Shown: in pieces, positions 1-9,238 of the stretch
Layout of the letters: each line of letters begins with the position of its first letter
Numbering within the stretch: the stretch's first letter is position 1
DNA from: an uncultured Candidatus Saccharibacteria bacterium
GTDB lineage: Bacteria > Patescibacteriota > Minisyncoccia > Minisyncoccales > UBA1441
Length of the DNA: 50,434 bases
Direction of reading: 5' to 3'
Assembly (NCBI GenBank): GCA_964572275.1
Contig: CAZNED010000003.1
Span: 1 to 50,434 of the forward strand
The notes under the pieces: generated by a model
Told to the model about the DNA's origin: nothing
Database searches by the model: none
Seen by the model: only the letters and a program-made list of their open reading frames with translations
Made by a program: the position numbers and the translations under genes

Positions 1-662
1 AGACCAAATAATTGATAGGTCAAGAAATAGGCGGCCATAACAAATAGAGAACAAATGATTCTCGATCCGAACCAATATGTAACTTGACGGCGACTGCGTG
101 TCCAGGCTTTCAATACGCGATTTTGATATTTATTCGGCGTTAAAAACACAATAACCGACTCTACTCCTTTGCGCTCCAGAGAAATAAACAAAGCCATAAG
201 GAAAACGAAGAATGTCGTTGTCAATCCTCCCATAACTGAACCGAGTGCCTGAACGATCCCGCTAGGAGCCTGAGGGACTAATGCCTCTTGGACCCATGTT
301 CCCACTGCTTCCATCTCTAAACCGATAGCCGCCAATAAAGGTGAAATATCTTCAAGATAATCCGGCAATGATACGGCCAAATTCTTGATTTCAGTAAATA
401 ACAATGGAGCGCTTAAATAAAGCATTAATCCTATTAATCCAAAAACCAACAGATAAGTAATCACCGCTGACAGCCAATAAGGAACACGCATTCTGTAAAA
501 GAAGACAATGGCTGATTTAAGCAAAATGGCCAAAACGAAAGCGAAAAGCAGACTAACCAAAATATCTCTTAGTATTAACAACAGAAAAACGGCTCCCACC
601 GCGAATATCGTCCTGATGATCGCTTTCCATGAAAGATCTAATGTATAAGTGGCATTCTCCAT
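1..662 (-). CDS. AI-2E family (PerM/UPF0118-like) membrane transporter, 3' end cut by window edge
   Basis: Not in the ORF track because it runs off the window. A reverse-strand ATG at 660-662 opens a frame that stays open to nt 1: MENATYTLDLSWKAIIRTIFAVGAVFLLLILRDILVSLLFAFVLAILLKSAIVFFYRMRVPYWLSAV...FISLERKGVESVIVFLTPNKYQNRVLKAW... The multi-TM layout and the FxxLxxxG...P segment fit AI-2E permeases. Confidence 0.55.
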   Translation of the reverse strand, partial: MENATYTLDLSWKAIIRTIFAVGAVFLLLILRDILVSLLFAFVLAILLKSAIVFFYRMRVPYWLSAVITYLLVFGLIGLMLYLSAPLLFTEIKNLAVSLPDYLEDISPLLAAIGLEMEAVGTWVQEALVPQAPSGIVQALGSVMGGLTTTFFVFLMALFISLERKGVESVIVFLTPNKYQNRVLKAWTRSRRQVTYWFGSRIICSLFVMAAYFLTYQLFG

Positions 663-692
663 ATTGGATTATAAAATAATTACTATTTTATT

Positions 693-1967
693 TTACGCTA
701 TTTTTAATATTTTTTTAAACTGAGAAGATCGGCTCGGTCCGATTAAAGCCAAATTAAGACTTTCGTTTCTGAAAATCTTCTTAGCTAATTTTCGGATATC
801 CTCAGCGCCAACTTTGTCCAATTGTCGGCAAACTTCATCCGGTGAAATCGGTTTTAACCCTAATATTTCGAATTGAGCATAGTAACCGGCCAGATTTTCA
901 GGGCTTTCGATTGAGAGCCAAAGAATACCTTTCAAATATTCTTTAGCTTTGCGTAACTCTTCGGCCGGAACTGATTCATCCTTGATGCGTTTGTATTCCG
1001 ATAAGACCATAGCGATTGCCTGTTGTATGCGGTCGTTATCAACGCCCGCTTGAGTGACAATAAAGCCGGTATCCTTCATGGTATCAGCCGATGTTCTGAT
1101 GTAATAAGCTAGACTATTCTGCTCTCTGATCAAAGAGAATAAACGAGAGCTCATATTCCCGCCTAATATGGTAGCTAAAATAGCTTGAGGGAATCTCTCA
1201 GATTGTTGCAAAGAATAACCTCTCGCCCCTAAGCAAAAATGAGTCTGATCTGTTTTTTTGTATTGAACTAATATGCCGGGATGACTTTGCTTCTCTGATA
1301 ATGCGGGCATGTTTATTTTGGTTCGATTCGACTCAATAGATCCGAAAGCTTTGCTTATTTTTCTAGTTAACTCTGATGAAGGACTGACTCGTCCCGATAA
1401 AACAATCACTGTATTGCCAGCATGATAATGTTTGGAGCGATAATCTTTAAGGTGTTTTTGATTCATCGATCGAATAGCCGCTCGCGTCCCAATAATATTG
1501 CGCCCTAATGGATGCTTCCCGTAAAGCAGTTGATACCAAAGTTCATCAACGTAGTGCATTGGCATATCCAGATACATATTCAGTTCTTCAAGAATGACTT
1601 TCTTCTCGCGCTTAATATCCGAATCAGTCAAATTAGCATTCAAATAAATATCACTGAGCCAATCCAAAGCTAAATCAAAATGACGGGCATTAACTTTGGC
1701 ATAATAACCGGTATGCTCTCGACCGGTAAAAGCATTCATGGATCCGCCGATAGAATCTATCGTTTCCGAAATTAACAAAGGGGTGGGACGTTTTGGCGTT
1801 CCCTTAAACATTAAATGTTCTAAAAAATGAGAAATTCCTGCTGTTTCTTCTGGCTCATAGCCAGAACCCACTCCGGCAAAAACAAACAGGACCGCCGATT
1901 TGGCTCCTGCTTGAGGAACTGTAATTATTCTCAATCCGTTTTTTAATTTTTGATTATAAACTTTCAT
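693..1967 (-). CDS. M16 family zinc peptidase (insulinase-like)
   Basis: 424 aa ORF. The inverted zinc motif HxxEH is present as HFLEH, followed by LMFKGT. Length and layout are typical of M16. Confidence 0.85.
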   Translation of the reverse strand: MKVYNQKLKNGLRIITVPQAGAKSAVLFVFAGVGSGYEPEETAGISHFLEHLMFKGTPKRPTPLLISETIDSIGGSMNAFTGREHTGYYAKVNARHFDLALDWLSDIYLNANLTDSDIKREKKVILEELNMYLDMPMHYVDELWYQLLYGKHPLGRNIIGTRAAIRSMNQKHLKDYRSKHYHAGNTVIVLSGRVSPSSELTRKISKAFGSIESNRTKINMPALSEKQSHPGILVQYKKTDQTHFCLGARGYSLQQSERFPQAILATILGGNMSSRLFSLIREQNSLAYYIRTSADTMKDTGFIVTQAGVDNDRIQQAIAMVLSEYKRIKDESVPAEELRKAKEYLKGILWLSIESPENLAGYYAQFEILGLKPISPDEVCRQLDKVGAEDIRKLAKKIFRNESLNLALIGPSRSSQFKKILKIA

Positions 1968-3301
1968 TATTTAATGTTACCAACTAATAATTCTTTAATC
2001 GATTCATCTAATCTATCAATACTCACTCGCACCTGATTCATTGTCACGCGATCCCTGATCGTAACATCATTCTGTTTCAAACTGTCAAAATCGATTGTGA
2101 TCGCCAAAGGAGTTCCTATTTCATCGTGACGGCGGTAGCGCCGACCGATCGAACCGGTCTCATCGTATTGGCATCGGAAAGAAAGATTAATTTTCTCAAA
2201 AACTTCTTTAGCTTTACCGACTAATTCCTCTTTCTTCATTAAGGGGAAAACCGCTACTTGGACAGGAGCTAATTTCGGAGACAGCTGCAAGATCGTCTCA
2301 GTATCTCGTTGACTGCCATCACTCCGGCCTCCACTGATTTGCTGATAGGCATCACAGATAAAGGCAAACATTAAGCGACCGACCCCCGCTGACGTTTCGA
2401 TGACATGAGGATAAAAAGATTCTGTATTATCAGCATTGCGGTAAGTCAAATCTTTGCCGCTATGCTGAGAATGGTTTCTCAAATCAAAATCGCCACGATT
2501 ATGAATTCCTTCTATCTCATGCCAACCAAATGGAAAATTATAATCAACATCAATAGCCCTCCGAGCATAATGAGCCAATTCTTCTTTCGGCACCTCGCGA
2601 AATCTTATATTCTCTTTTTTAAGACCAAGATCGAGATACCATTTTAGACGTCTCTCTTTCCAATATTCAAACCATTGCTCGGCTTCGCTCTCAGATGTAA
2701 ACCACTCCATCTCCATCTGCTCGAATTCTCTCTGGCGATAGAGAAAATTCTTAGGATTGATCTCGTTACGAAAAGATTTACCGATTTGAGCTATGCCGAA
2801 AGGAAGTTTCATTCTCATTGAATCGGCTACCAAGCGGAAATCAAGAAAAATACTCTGACATGTTTCCGGTCTAAGATAAGCCTGATTATGAGTATCTTCA
2901 ACCGGACCAATAAAGGTCTTCATCATCAAATTATAGCTTCTCGGTTCGGTAATCTCTCCGCCACAATCAGGGCAATGTTCCTGTTTTATCTCTTCGGCTT
3001 TAAAGCGATGATGACATTGACGACACTCCACTAAAGAATCGGCAAAACCACTTCCGAGATGGCCTGAAGCTTGCCATGTTCTAGGATTAAGAATAATGGC
3101 CCCGTCAACTTCAAGAACGGAAGCATGACACCGGACCATGTCGTGACGCCAGAGATTTTTAATATTATTGGCCATCTCAAAACCAAGCGGGCCATAATCA
3201 TAACTCGCTCCGAAACCACCATAAATCTCGGAAGAGGGATAGACGAATCCTCTTCTCTTTAATAAAGAAATAATTTCTTTCATCATTGCTTCTTCAGCCA
3301 T
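1967..3301 (-). CDS. glyQS: glycine--tRNA ligase (class II, single-chain GlyQS type)
   Basis: 444 aa. The N-terminus RGFVYPSSEIYGGFGASYDYGPLG and later FRNEI, FEQMEME and GIHNRGDFDL are hallmark GlyRS segments. Confidence 0.9.
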   Translation of the reverse strand: MAEEAMMKEIISLLKRRGFVYPSSEIYGGFGASYDYGPLGFEMANNIKNLWRHDMVRCHASVLEVDGAIILNPRTWQASGHLGSGFADSLVECRQCHHRFKAEEIKQEHCPDCGGEITEPRSYNLMMKTFIGPVEDTHNQAYLRPETCQSIFLDFRLVADSMRMKLPFGIAQIGKSFRNEINPKNFLYRQREFEQMEMEWFTSESEAEQWFEYWKERRLKWYLDLGLKKENIRFREVPKEELAHYARRAIDVDYNFPFGWHEIEGIHNRGDFDLRNHSQHSGKDLTYRNADNTESFYPHVIETSAGVGRLMFAFICDAYQQISGGRSDGSQRDTETILQLSPKLAPVQVAVFPLMKKEELVGKAKEVFEKINLSFRCQYDETGSIGRRYRRHDEIGTPLAITIDFDSLKQNDVTIRDRVTMNQVRVSIDRLDESIKELLVGNIK

Positions 3302-3312
3302 GGTATAAAAAG

Positions 3313-4947
3313 CTAATTAAATGGACTTTCTTCTAACATTTCGCTGACCTCTCTAACCTCCAGACTTTCGAAAGAGATCACCTGTTCGGTCCAAACATCC
3401 CGACCCTGAACTTCGGCAGAATTAATGAAAGGATTATCTAGAGCTTGAACAGTTCGCGGATTTACTGCCAATTGAAAAGCCAATACCGCTTTCTGCCCAG
3501 GCTCTAATTGTCCGACATTCCAGACCAAACGATTGGTATCGGATTGAAAACCGAGTTTTCCTTTTTCTTCATCTGGAAAGATTTCATCGGCAAACATAAC
3601 TCCATCCGGTAATATAACCGCGGCCCAAATATCATCAACCGTATTATAATAATTAGTTAATTCCCAGAATACGGTATAGCGAGTGGTTTCACCGAGTATG
3701 AAAGGAATCGGCCCCATATCTTCGAAGAATTCATTATCAGCATAAACCTTTTGGACTAATTCCAGGCGAGAATTTATTTTTGCAGTGAAAACTTGGCGAA
3801 TTGAGCCAATCTCTACTTCAAGATCAATTTGAGGACTGAGGCTACGAACTGGCCAATCATCTTTGAGATTGACCCAAAAATCAATCACTCCTTCTTCATC
3901 ACGATCCAAGAACCTCAATTCTGGAATCACGCGCCAATCCCAAAGGATGACATTATGTCCGGGCTGGTAAGTACCACGAGTAGCCCTTAAAGTATCAAGA
4001 TCAAAATAATCACCTTTCAAGGAAACTGTTAAAAATTGACTTTCAATCGGTTTTTCTGTGATGTTTCTAAAATAAATTTGATAGTGGAGCGAATCCCCAG
4101 GACTAGCGACATAATCAAAAGAGTTATTTATCTGCAAAGATAAAAGTATCGGAGCATCGGCAATTTCAACCTTGCGATTGATTTTTTTTAATGGAGCAAA
4201 TCCCTGATCCGTCCAAACACCTAATTGAGCTGTTAAAACTATTTCCGGAATACTTTCATCGACGCGGCCTGTCAAACGGATGCGCCCGCCATCTTGTGAA
4301 ACCAAAAACGGTATCTGCCACTCTCCCGGATCATTCGTTGCCGGCGTGCTGTCTATCAATTCAAATCCCCGCGTTGCCGTTAATTTAATTCCCATGTTAT
4401 CTAAAGTCTCATCCAGCGCCGAAAAATAATTCAATGAAAATTGAAATTCTTCATTCGGAGCCACTGCCTGAGGTAAGCTTAATTCCAAAGTCAATGGTAC
4501 CGAAGAGATAACCGTGGTTGCCGATGTTTCAGCCGTGTAATAGACTTTCAATCCTGGTACCTGATAATCAATCTTGGCATTTGCCGTTAAAATTTCTTCA
4601 GCTTGTCCAAAAACCCTGGCTTGAAAAACAAATTGTTGTTCTTGTCCTGGATAAATATCATCTTCCAGCTTCTGCCTCACGATATTATCTGTTGAATTTA
4701 TAGGTCGAGCGTAACGTGGGAATTCAAACAACAATTCCGCGTTAGATAATGTAAATTTTCCCTGATTTTTGACTAATAAAGTATATTCGATCGGCTTCCC
4801 CACTATAATGCTTTCCGGGGCAATCAACTCTAAGAACAAGTCGCCACGCGAAGCGACATTACGCTGACCAAACCACCAAATAGCTATTAATAAAATTATT
4901 AAAACAACAAGGAGAGAAATCAAAATGATTTTCTTAAACTTTGACAT
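3313..4947 (-). CDS. membrane-anchored surface protein with repeated DUF11/CARDB-like beta-sandwich modules
   Basis: 544 aa. One N-terminal TM (IILISLLVVLIILLIAIWWF). Repeated segments of the type 'GxxxxYxhxhxNxG' occur, e.g. VGKPIEYTLLVKNQGK and PGDSLHYQIYFRNITEK. Confidence 0.5.
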   Translation of the reverse strand: MSKFKKIILISLLVVLIILLIAIWWFGQRNVASRGDLFLELIAPESIIVGKPIEYTLLVKNQGKFTLSNAELLFEFPRYARPINSTDNIVRQKLEDDIYPGQEQQFVFQARVFGQAEEILTANAKIDYQVPGLKVYYTAETSATTVISSVPLTLELSLPQAVAPNEEFQFSLNYFSALDETLDNMGIKLTATRGFELIDSTPATNDPGEWQIPFLVSQDGGRIRLTGRVDESIPEIVLTAQLGVWTDQGFAPLKKINRKVEIADAPILLSLQINNSFDYVASPGDSLHYQIYFRNITEKPIESQFLTVSLKGDYFDLDTLRATRGTYQPGHNVILWDWRVIPELRFLDRDEEGVIDFWVNLKDDWPVRSLSPQIDLEVEIGSIRQVFTAKINSRLELVQKVYADNEFFEDMGPIPFILGETTRYTVFWELTNYYNTVDDIWAAVILPDGVMFADEIFPDEEKGKLGFQSDTNRLVWNVGQLEPGQKAVLAFQLAVNPRTVQALDNPFINSAEVQGRDVWTEQVISFESLEVREVSEMLEESPFN

Positions 4948-4972
4948 AGAAATACTAAATAAATCAATCCGT

Positions 4973-5002
4973 ATTATAGCTTAAAAAGAAGATATTGCCT
5001 AA
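4973..5002 (-). promoter_or_regulatory. candidate sigma70-type promoter for the 3313-4947 gene
   Basis: On the minus strand there is TTAGGC (5002-4997), an 18 nt spacer, then a perfect TATAAT (4978-4973), about 25 nt upstream of the ATG at 4947. Confidence 0.35.
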
Positions 5003-5031
5003 TAAGCATTGATATAAACATTCTCTGATCT

Positions 5032-5760
5032 TTAGAGAATAATTTTCTCCGGAGATTGTTTTCGTTTCACTGATTCCAAGAAAAAGTTTGTTATTTTTCC
5101 GAGATTATCCTGGTCATTTTCATTGGTTTTGATTCGACCCAATAAATATTTATTTTTTTGGGCAATCAAGCGTAAAATTTTTATAGTATTCAAAGAAATT
5201 TCTTCTTGATGATCTTCTTGGCATCCACATTTGGCACAAATGATACCATCTGGAGCAATTAAACAATTACCTGCTAATTTTTTACGACATCGGGCGCAAC
5301 AATTCAGATCAATTTGATAACCGAGCGAAGAAAGAAGTGTCCATAAAAAATAGTAATACAATCTCTGATAATGGCGATTCATCTGATTAAGAGCATGCAA
5401 GGCTCCCAACGATAACAACCAAACATTTTCATCGGGCATCTGCCAGGGCATTAAAGAGTCAATCTCCTTCATCATTTTTTGAGCCACTGAAAACTTTTTC
5501 CAGTCCTGTCCAATGTTAATAAAAGGGGATTGTATCTTCGCGGATGTTATTATCGGATAACCACGCCCCGAGATTAATTCTATCTCACTCCAATTAAAAA
5601 GATTCAACCCGGCCCTCAATTTTGAGAGGAGTTTCCTCTCTCCTCGAGCCGTGGCCTTAATTTTGCCGAAACGATCGGTTAACAAAGTTAACAAACGATC
5701 CGATTCTCCATGGTCCTCGCGAACAAGAATCAAAGCATCTGTTTTCTCTTTGAGAAACAT
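5032..5760 (-). CDS. recO: DNA repair protein RecO
   Basis: 242 aa. It has a RecO-like N-terminal OB segment (ALILVREDHGESDRLLTLLTDRFGKIKATARG) and a CxxC...CxxC zinc finger (CARCRKK...CAKCGC). Confidence 0.8.
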   Translation of the reverse strand: MFLKEKTDALILVREDHGESDRLLTLLTDRFGKIKATARGERKLLSKLRAGLNLFNWSEIELISGRGYPIITSAKIQSPFINIGQDWKKFSVAQKMMKEIDSLMPWQMPDENVWLLSLGALHALNQMNRHYQRLYYYFLWTLLSSLGYQIDLNCCARCRKKLAGNCLIAPDGIICAKCGCQEDHQEEISLNTIKILRLIAQKNKYLLGRIKTNENDQDNLGKITNFFLESVKRKQSPEKIIL

Positions 5761-5761
5761 T

Positions 5762-8700
5762 TCAAGATTCTATCGATAAATATAATTCTCTCTCGCCTAA
5801 AATAATTTTTTTAAATTCAGACAGATCGTCATTGGTCAGGCGCTGAATTTTTTGAGCTCTGTTTTCTTTTTCAATCGAACCTCTATTCTCTTCAATCAAT
5901 TTGGCTAATTCATCTGATCCCTGATAGTAAACACTGATCTGATCTTGCGGAGTCAACCCAGATTCTTTACGCATGGATTGAATGGCACGGATTATTTCCC
6001 TTATTGATCCCTCTGCTTCCAACTCTGGCGTTAATTGGATAGATAGGGCGACTGATAAGTCATTTTCTTCAATCGTAATCCAATCTTCTGATTCTGGTAA
6101 AGAATCAACAAATTGCACTTTCTTAACATTAACCTCATCTATGACTAACTCTTCTAATTGCTGATTATCGAACGGCTTTCCTTTAATTTGTAATTCCGAC
6201 AATGGTTGACGAACCTTATAACCGGCTTTGGCGCGTGCTTGTAGAACCAAACGAACTATCTCTCGAATTCGCGCCATTTCTTTTTCTAATGGTTCATTGA
6301 TTAAATCTTCTTTAACTTCGAAATAATCAATTAAATGAATTGATTCCGGTTGGTCTTTATGACGTAATGATTGATATGATTTTTCGGCGATAAAGGGAGT
6401 AAAAGGTGCAATTAGTCGGCTGGTTTCAAGTAAAACCATTCTTAATACAGCGGCGGCTTTATCTGTTTCCGGACCATAATTCTGTAATCTGGGACGAGAT
6501 CGGCGAACATACCAGTTTGAGAGATCGTCTATCAAATCTAAAAACAATCGAGCCGCTTTATCAACATGATATTTATCCATTTCATTAATAACTGCCTGGC
6601 CTACCTTATGAATGCGAGAAATTATCCATTGATCTAATAAATTATCGCTCCCAATTTCCTGAACCGGAGATTCTTCTTTTGGAGCATAAGTTAAATAAAA
6701 CTGAACGCAATTATCTAAAGTGCTGATAACCTTTTGAGCCACCTCTCTGATCTTTATCTCATCGATAACATAATTTCCACCTAGAGAAGATCTACTTAAG
6801 AAATAAAATCTCAAAGCATCCGCCCCATGTTTATCAAGAATTTCTGTCGGTGGAGTATAATTAGCCAAATGCTTGGATAATTTTTCACCTGTTTCCGTTA
6901 AGATCAATCCATGAGCCACAGCATTTTTAAAAGCCGGCTTATTCTTTCCCAGTCCAATATCTTCTAGCGTTAAAGCTGTCGCTAGAACATGTAGTGTATA
7001 AAACCAACCTCTCGTTTGCTCTAGTGCCTCAGTAATAAAATCAGCTGGAAAAGATGCCTTAGTTTCTTCTCGATTCTCGAAAGGAAAATGATTCTGCGCA
7101 TAAGGCATGGCTCCCGATTCATACCAGCAATCAAAGACCTCTTCTATGCGTTTCATCTTTTTACCGTCTTCTGAATAAAAAACCACCTCATCGATATAGG
7201 GGCGATGGAAATCAATCCTGCCTTCATTGTTTATGGGCATGGGAATGAATTTCATTTCTCTGATTTCACTCAAGTTCAACCCTAATTCTTGCCGACGCAC
7301 CGCATGTTCTTTATCAGTCAAGCCAAGGCAAGCAGACTGAAGAGCCCGTAAAACTCCTCGATGGCTAATAATTAAAATATTTTTATTTTGACATTGCCCA
7401 TCTTGCTTCTTAATAAAATCATAAATTCTTTTCTTAAGTTCCAAGCCGGTCTCTCCGCCTTCTGGGGAATGTGTTAAATAATCTTCAGGAGAATTGAATG
7501 CCTTTCGATACACTTCTTCTTTTTGTTCATTGGCTACTCCGAACTTCCTTTCACCCAGCTCTTTAAAAAATTCAGGTTTAATGTTTAGCGCCTCGCCCGC
7601 GATCTCAGCTGTTTCTTTTGTGCGCAAAGTGGGGGAAGCCCAAATGGCATCAATCTTTAAATCTTTCAATTTTGAAATTGATTCTTCCACCTGCTTGCGG
7701 CCCGTTTCAGTTAGCGGATAACCTGTCTCGCTATCAACCAGTAATTTTTTGACATTGTTTTCAGCTTCACCATGGCGCATCAGCCAATAATGATTGTCGC
7801 TAAACTTCTGGTTCATTAAATCCTCTCTTGAACCGATAACTTTTATATCTCCGGATTCCGATACCCAGACTGGCAGGGGTGCTCCCCAATAACGATTACG
7901 CGAAACAGCCCAATCCCGAGCTCCTTCCAGCCATTTCCCGAAACGTCCCTTTTTCAAATGCCCCGGAACCCAATTAATCTGTTCATTATTAGCGACCAGT
8001 TGATCCCTGAATTTTTCAACCGCGATATACCAGCTTGTAATCGGATAATAAATTAAACGCTCATCGCAACGCCAACAGAAAGGATAACTATGCTTGATTT
8101 TCATCTTCTGATAGAGTAATCCTTTCTTCTCCAAATCAATTAAAACATCACCATCTGCCTCCCAGACTAATTTTCCTTGGCCCGGCAGATTATGGCCTGT
8201 TAATACCCGACCTTCTAAATCAACAGTTATCTTTAAAGGTAAATCTTTTTCTTTTGCCACTTCCATATCTTCCAAGCCAAAAGCGGCTAGATGTACCAAG
8301 CCGGTTCCTTCTTCCATGGAAACAAAATCAGCTGAAACAATTTGATAATCACGACCATTGCTCGGTTCCATAGGATAGATCGCCTCGTATTTCTGTCCTA
8401 GTAAAGTTTCGCCTTTGAATCTTTCTATTTCCTCGTATTCTCCACTCAAAACAGATAATCTTTCTGCGGCTAAAATCAGGAATTGCTTGCCTTGCTTAAC
8501 TTTAACGTATTCGGCATCTATATTAATAGCCAAGGCAAAATTAGCCGGCAAGGTCCAAGGCGTTGTTGTCCAAACTAATAAAAAGGTATCTTCGTCTAAA
8601 GGAAATTTAACAAAAATTGATGTATCTTCGATGTCGCGATAAGCCCCGGGCTGATTTAACTCAAAATTAGATAATGGTGTCCCACAGCGAGGACAATAAG

Positions 8701-9238
8701 GACTGGTGCGATATGCCTGATAGATTAATTCTTTGTCATACAAATATTTAAAAATCCACCAAATGCTTTCGGTATAAAGGGGGTCAATTGTTGCATAATA
8801 ATTTTCATAATCGGCCCAGCGGCCCATTCTCTTAAGAATTCTTTCGAATTCCGGAAGGCAGCGGAAAACCAAACTACTGCAAGTTTCATTGAATTTATCG
8901 ATCCCGAGTTTTTCAATATCCGCTTTATTTTTTTGTTTTAATTCTTTTTCTGCCAGATTCTCCAATGGTAAACCATGGCAATCCCAACCAACACGACGAG
9001 GAACGTAGTTTCCCCTCATAGTCCGATAACGCAAAACAACATCTTTAATAGTTGAAGGAAGCAAATTACCATAATGGGGTTGGCCCGTAGCAAAGGGAGG
9101 CCCATCGTAAAAAGAAAAGAAGGGGGATCCCTCTCTTTGGATTAAGCTCTTTTGGAAAATATTCTCCGATTCCCAGAATTTCAAAATCTCTTTTTCAGAA
9201 CGAACTGTTGAGTTTTCTTCGTTTGGTTGATTCATCAC
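5762..9238 (-). CDS. ileS: isoleucine--tRNA ligase (type 2) with an inserted histidine-phosphatase domain
   Basis: 1158 aa. IleRS segments seen: PPFATGQPHYGN (HIGH-type motif), GWDCHGLP, TTTPWTLPAN, DWAVSRNRYWGAPLPVW, FHRPYIDE, CWYESGAMPYAQ and a KMSKS-type KLSKH. Residues ~482-672 are an extra RHG...SH histidine-phosphatase module (see findings). Confidence 0.9.
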   Translation of the reverse strand: MMNQPNEENSTVRSEKEILKFWESENIFQKSLIQREGSPFFSFYDGPPFATGQPHYGNLLPSTIKDVVLRYRTMRGNYVPRRVGWDCHGLPLENLAEKELKQKNKADIEKLGIDKFNETCSSLVFRCLPEFERILKRMGRWADYENYYATIDPLYTESIWWIFKYLYDKELIYQAYRTSPYCPRCGTPLSNFELNQPGAYRDIEDTSIFVKFPLDEDTFLLVWTTTPWTLPANFALAINIDAEYVKVKQGKQFLILAAERLSVLSGEYEEIERFKGETLLGQKYEAIYPMEPSNGRDYQIVSADFVSMEEGTGLVHLAAFGLEDMEVAKEKDLPLKITVDLEGRVLTGHNLPGQGKLVWEADGDVLIDLEKKGLLYQKMKIKHSYPFCWRCDERLIYYPITSWYIAVEKFRDQLVANNEQINWVPGHLKKGRFGKWLEGARDWAVSRNRYWGAPLPVWVSESGDIKVIGSREDLMNQKFSDNHYWLMRHGEAENNVKKLLVDSETGYPLTETGRKQVEESISKLKDLKIDAIWASPTLRTKETAEIAGEALNIKPEFFKELGERKFGVANEQKEEVYRKAFNSPEDYLTHSPEGGETGLELKKRIYDFIKKQDGQCQNKNILIISHRGVLRALQSACLGLTDKEHAVRRQELGLNLSEIREMKFIPMPINNEGRIDFHRPYIDEVVFYSEDGKKMKRIEEVFDCWYESGAMPYAQNHFPFENREETKASFPADFITEALEQTRGWFYTLHVLATALTLEDIGLGKNKPAFKNAVAHGLILTETGEKLSKHLANYTPPTEILDKHGADALRFYFLSRSSLGGNYVIDEIKIREVAQKVISTLDNCVQFYLTYAPKEESPVQEIGSDNLLDQWIISRIHKVGQAVINEMDKYHVDKAARLFLDLIDDLSNWYVRRSRPRLQNYGPETDKAAAVLRMVLLETSRLIAPFTPFIAEKSYQSLRHKDQPESIHLIDYFEVKEDLINEPLEKEMARIREIVRLVLQARAKAGYKVRQPLSELQIKGKPFDNQQLEELVIDEVNVKKVQFVDSLPESEDWITIEENDLSVALSIQLTPELEAEGSIREIIRAIQSMRKESGLTPQDQISVYYQGSDELAKLIEENRGSIEKENRAQKIQRLTNDDLSEFKKIILGERELYLSIES

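Noticed and set aside
2405-9000. Antisense or nested 60-80-aa ORFs inside glyQS, ileS, the 544-aa gene and elsewhere (e.g. 2405-2647, 3031-3262, 4191-4388, 5982-6164, 7494-7721, 8415-8642).
   Set aside because: They lie entirely within well-supported longer genes. Their composition is low-complexity and there is no independent start context.
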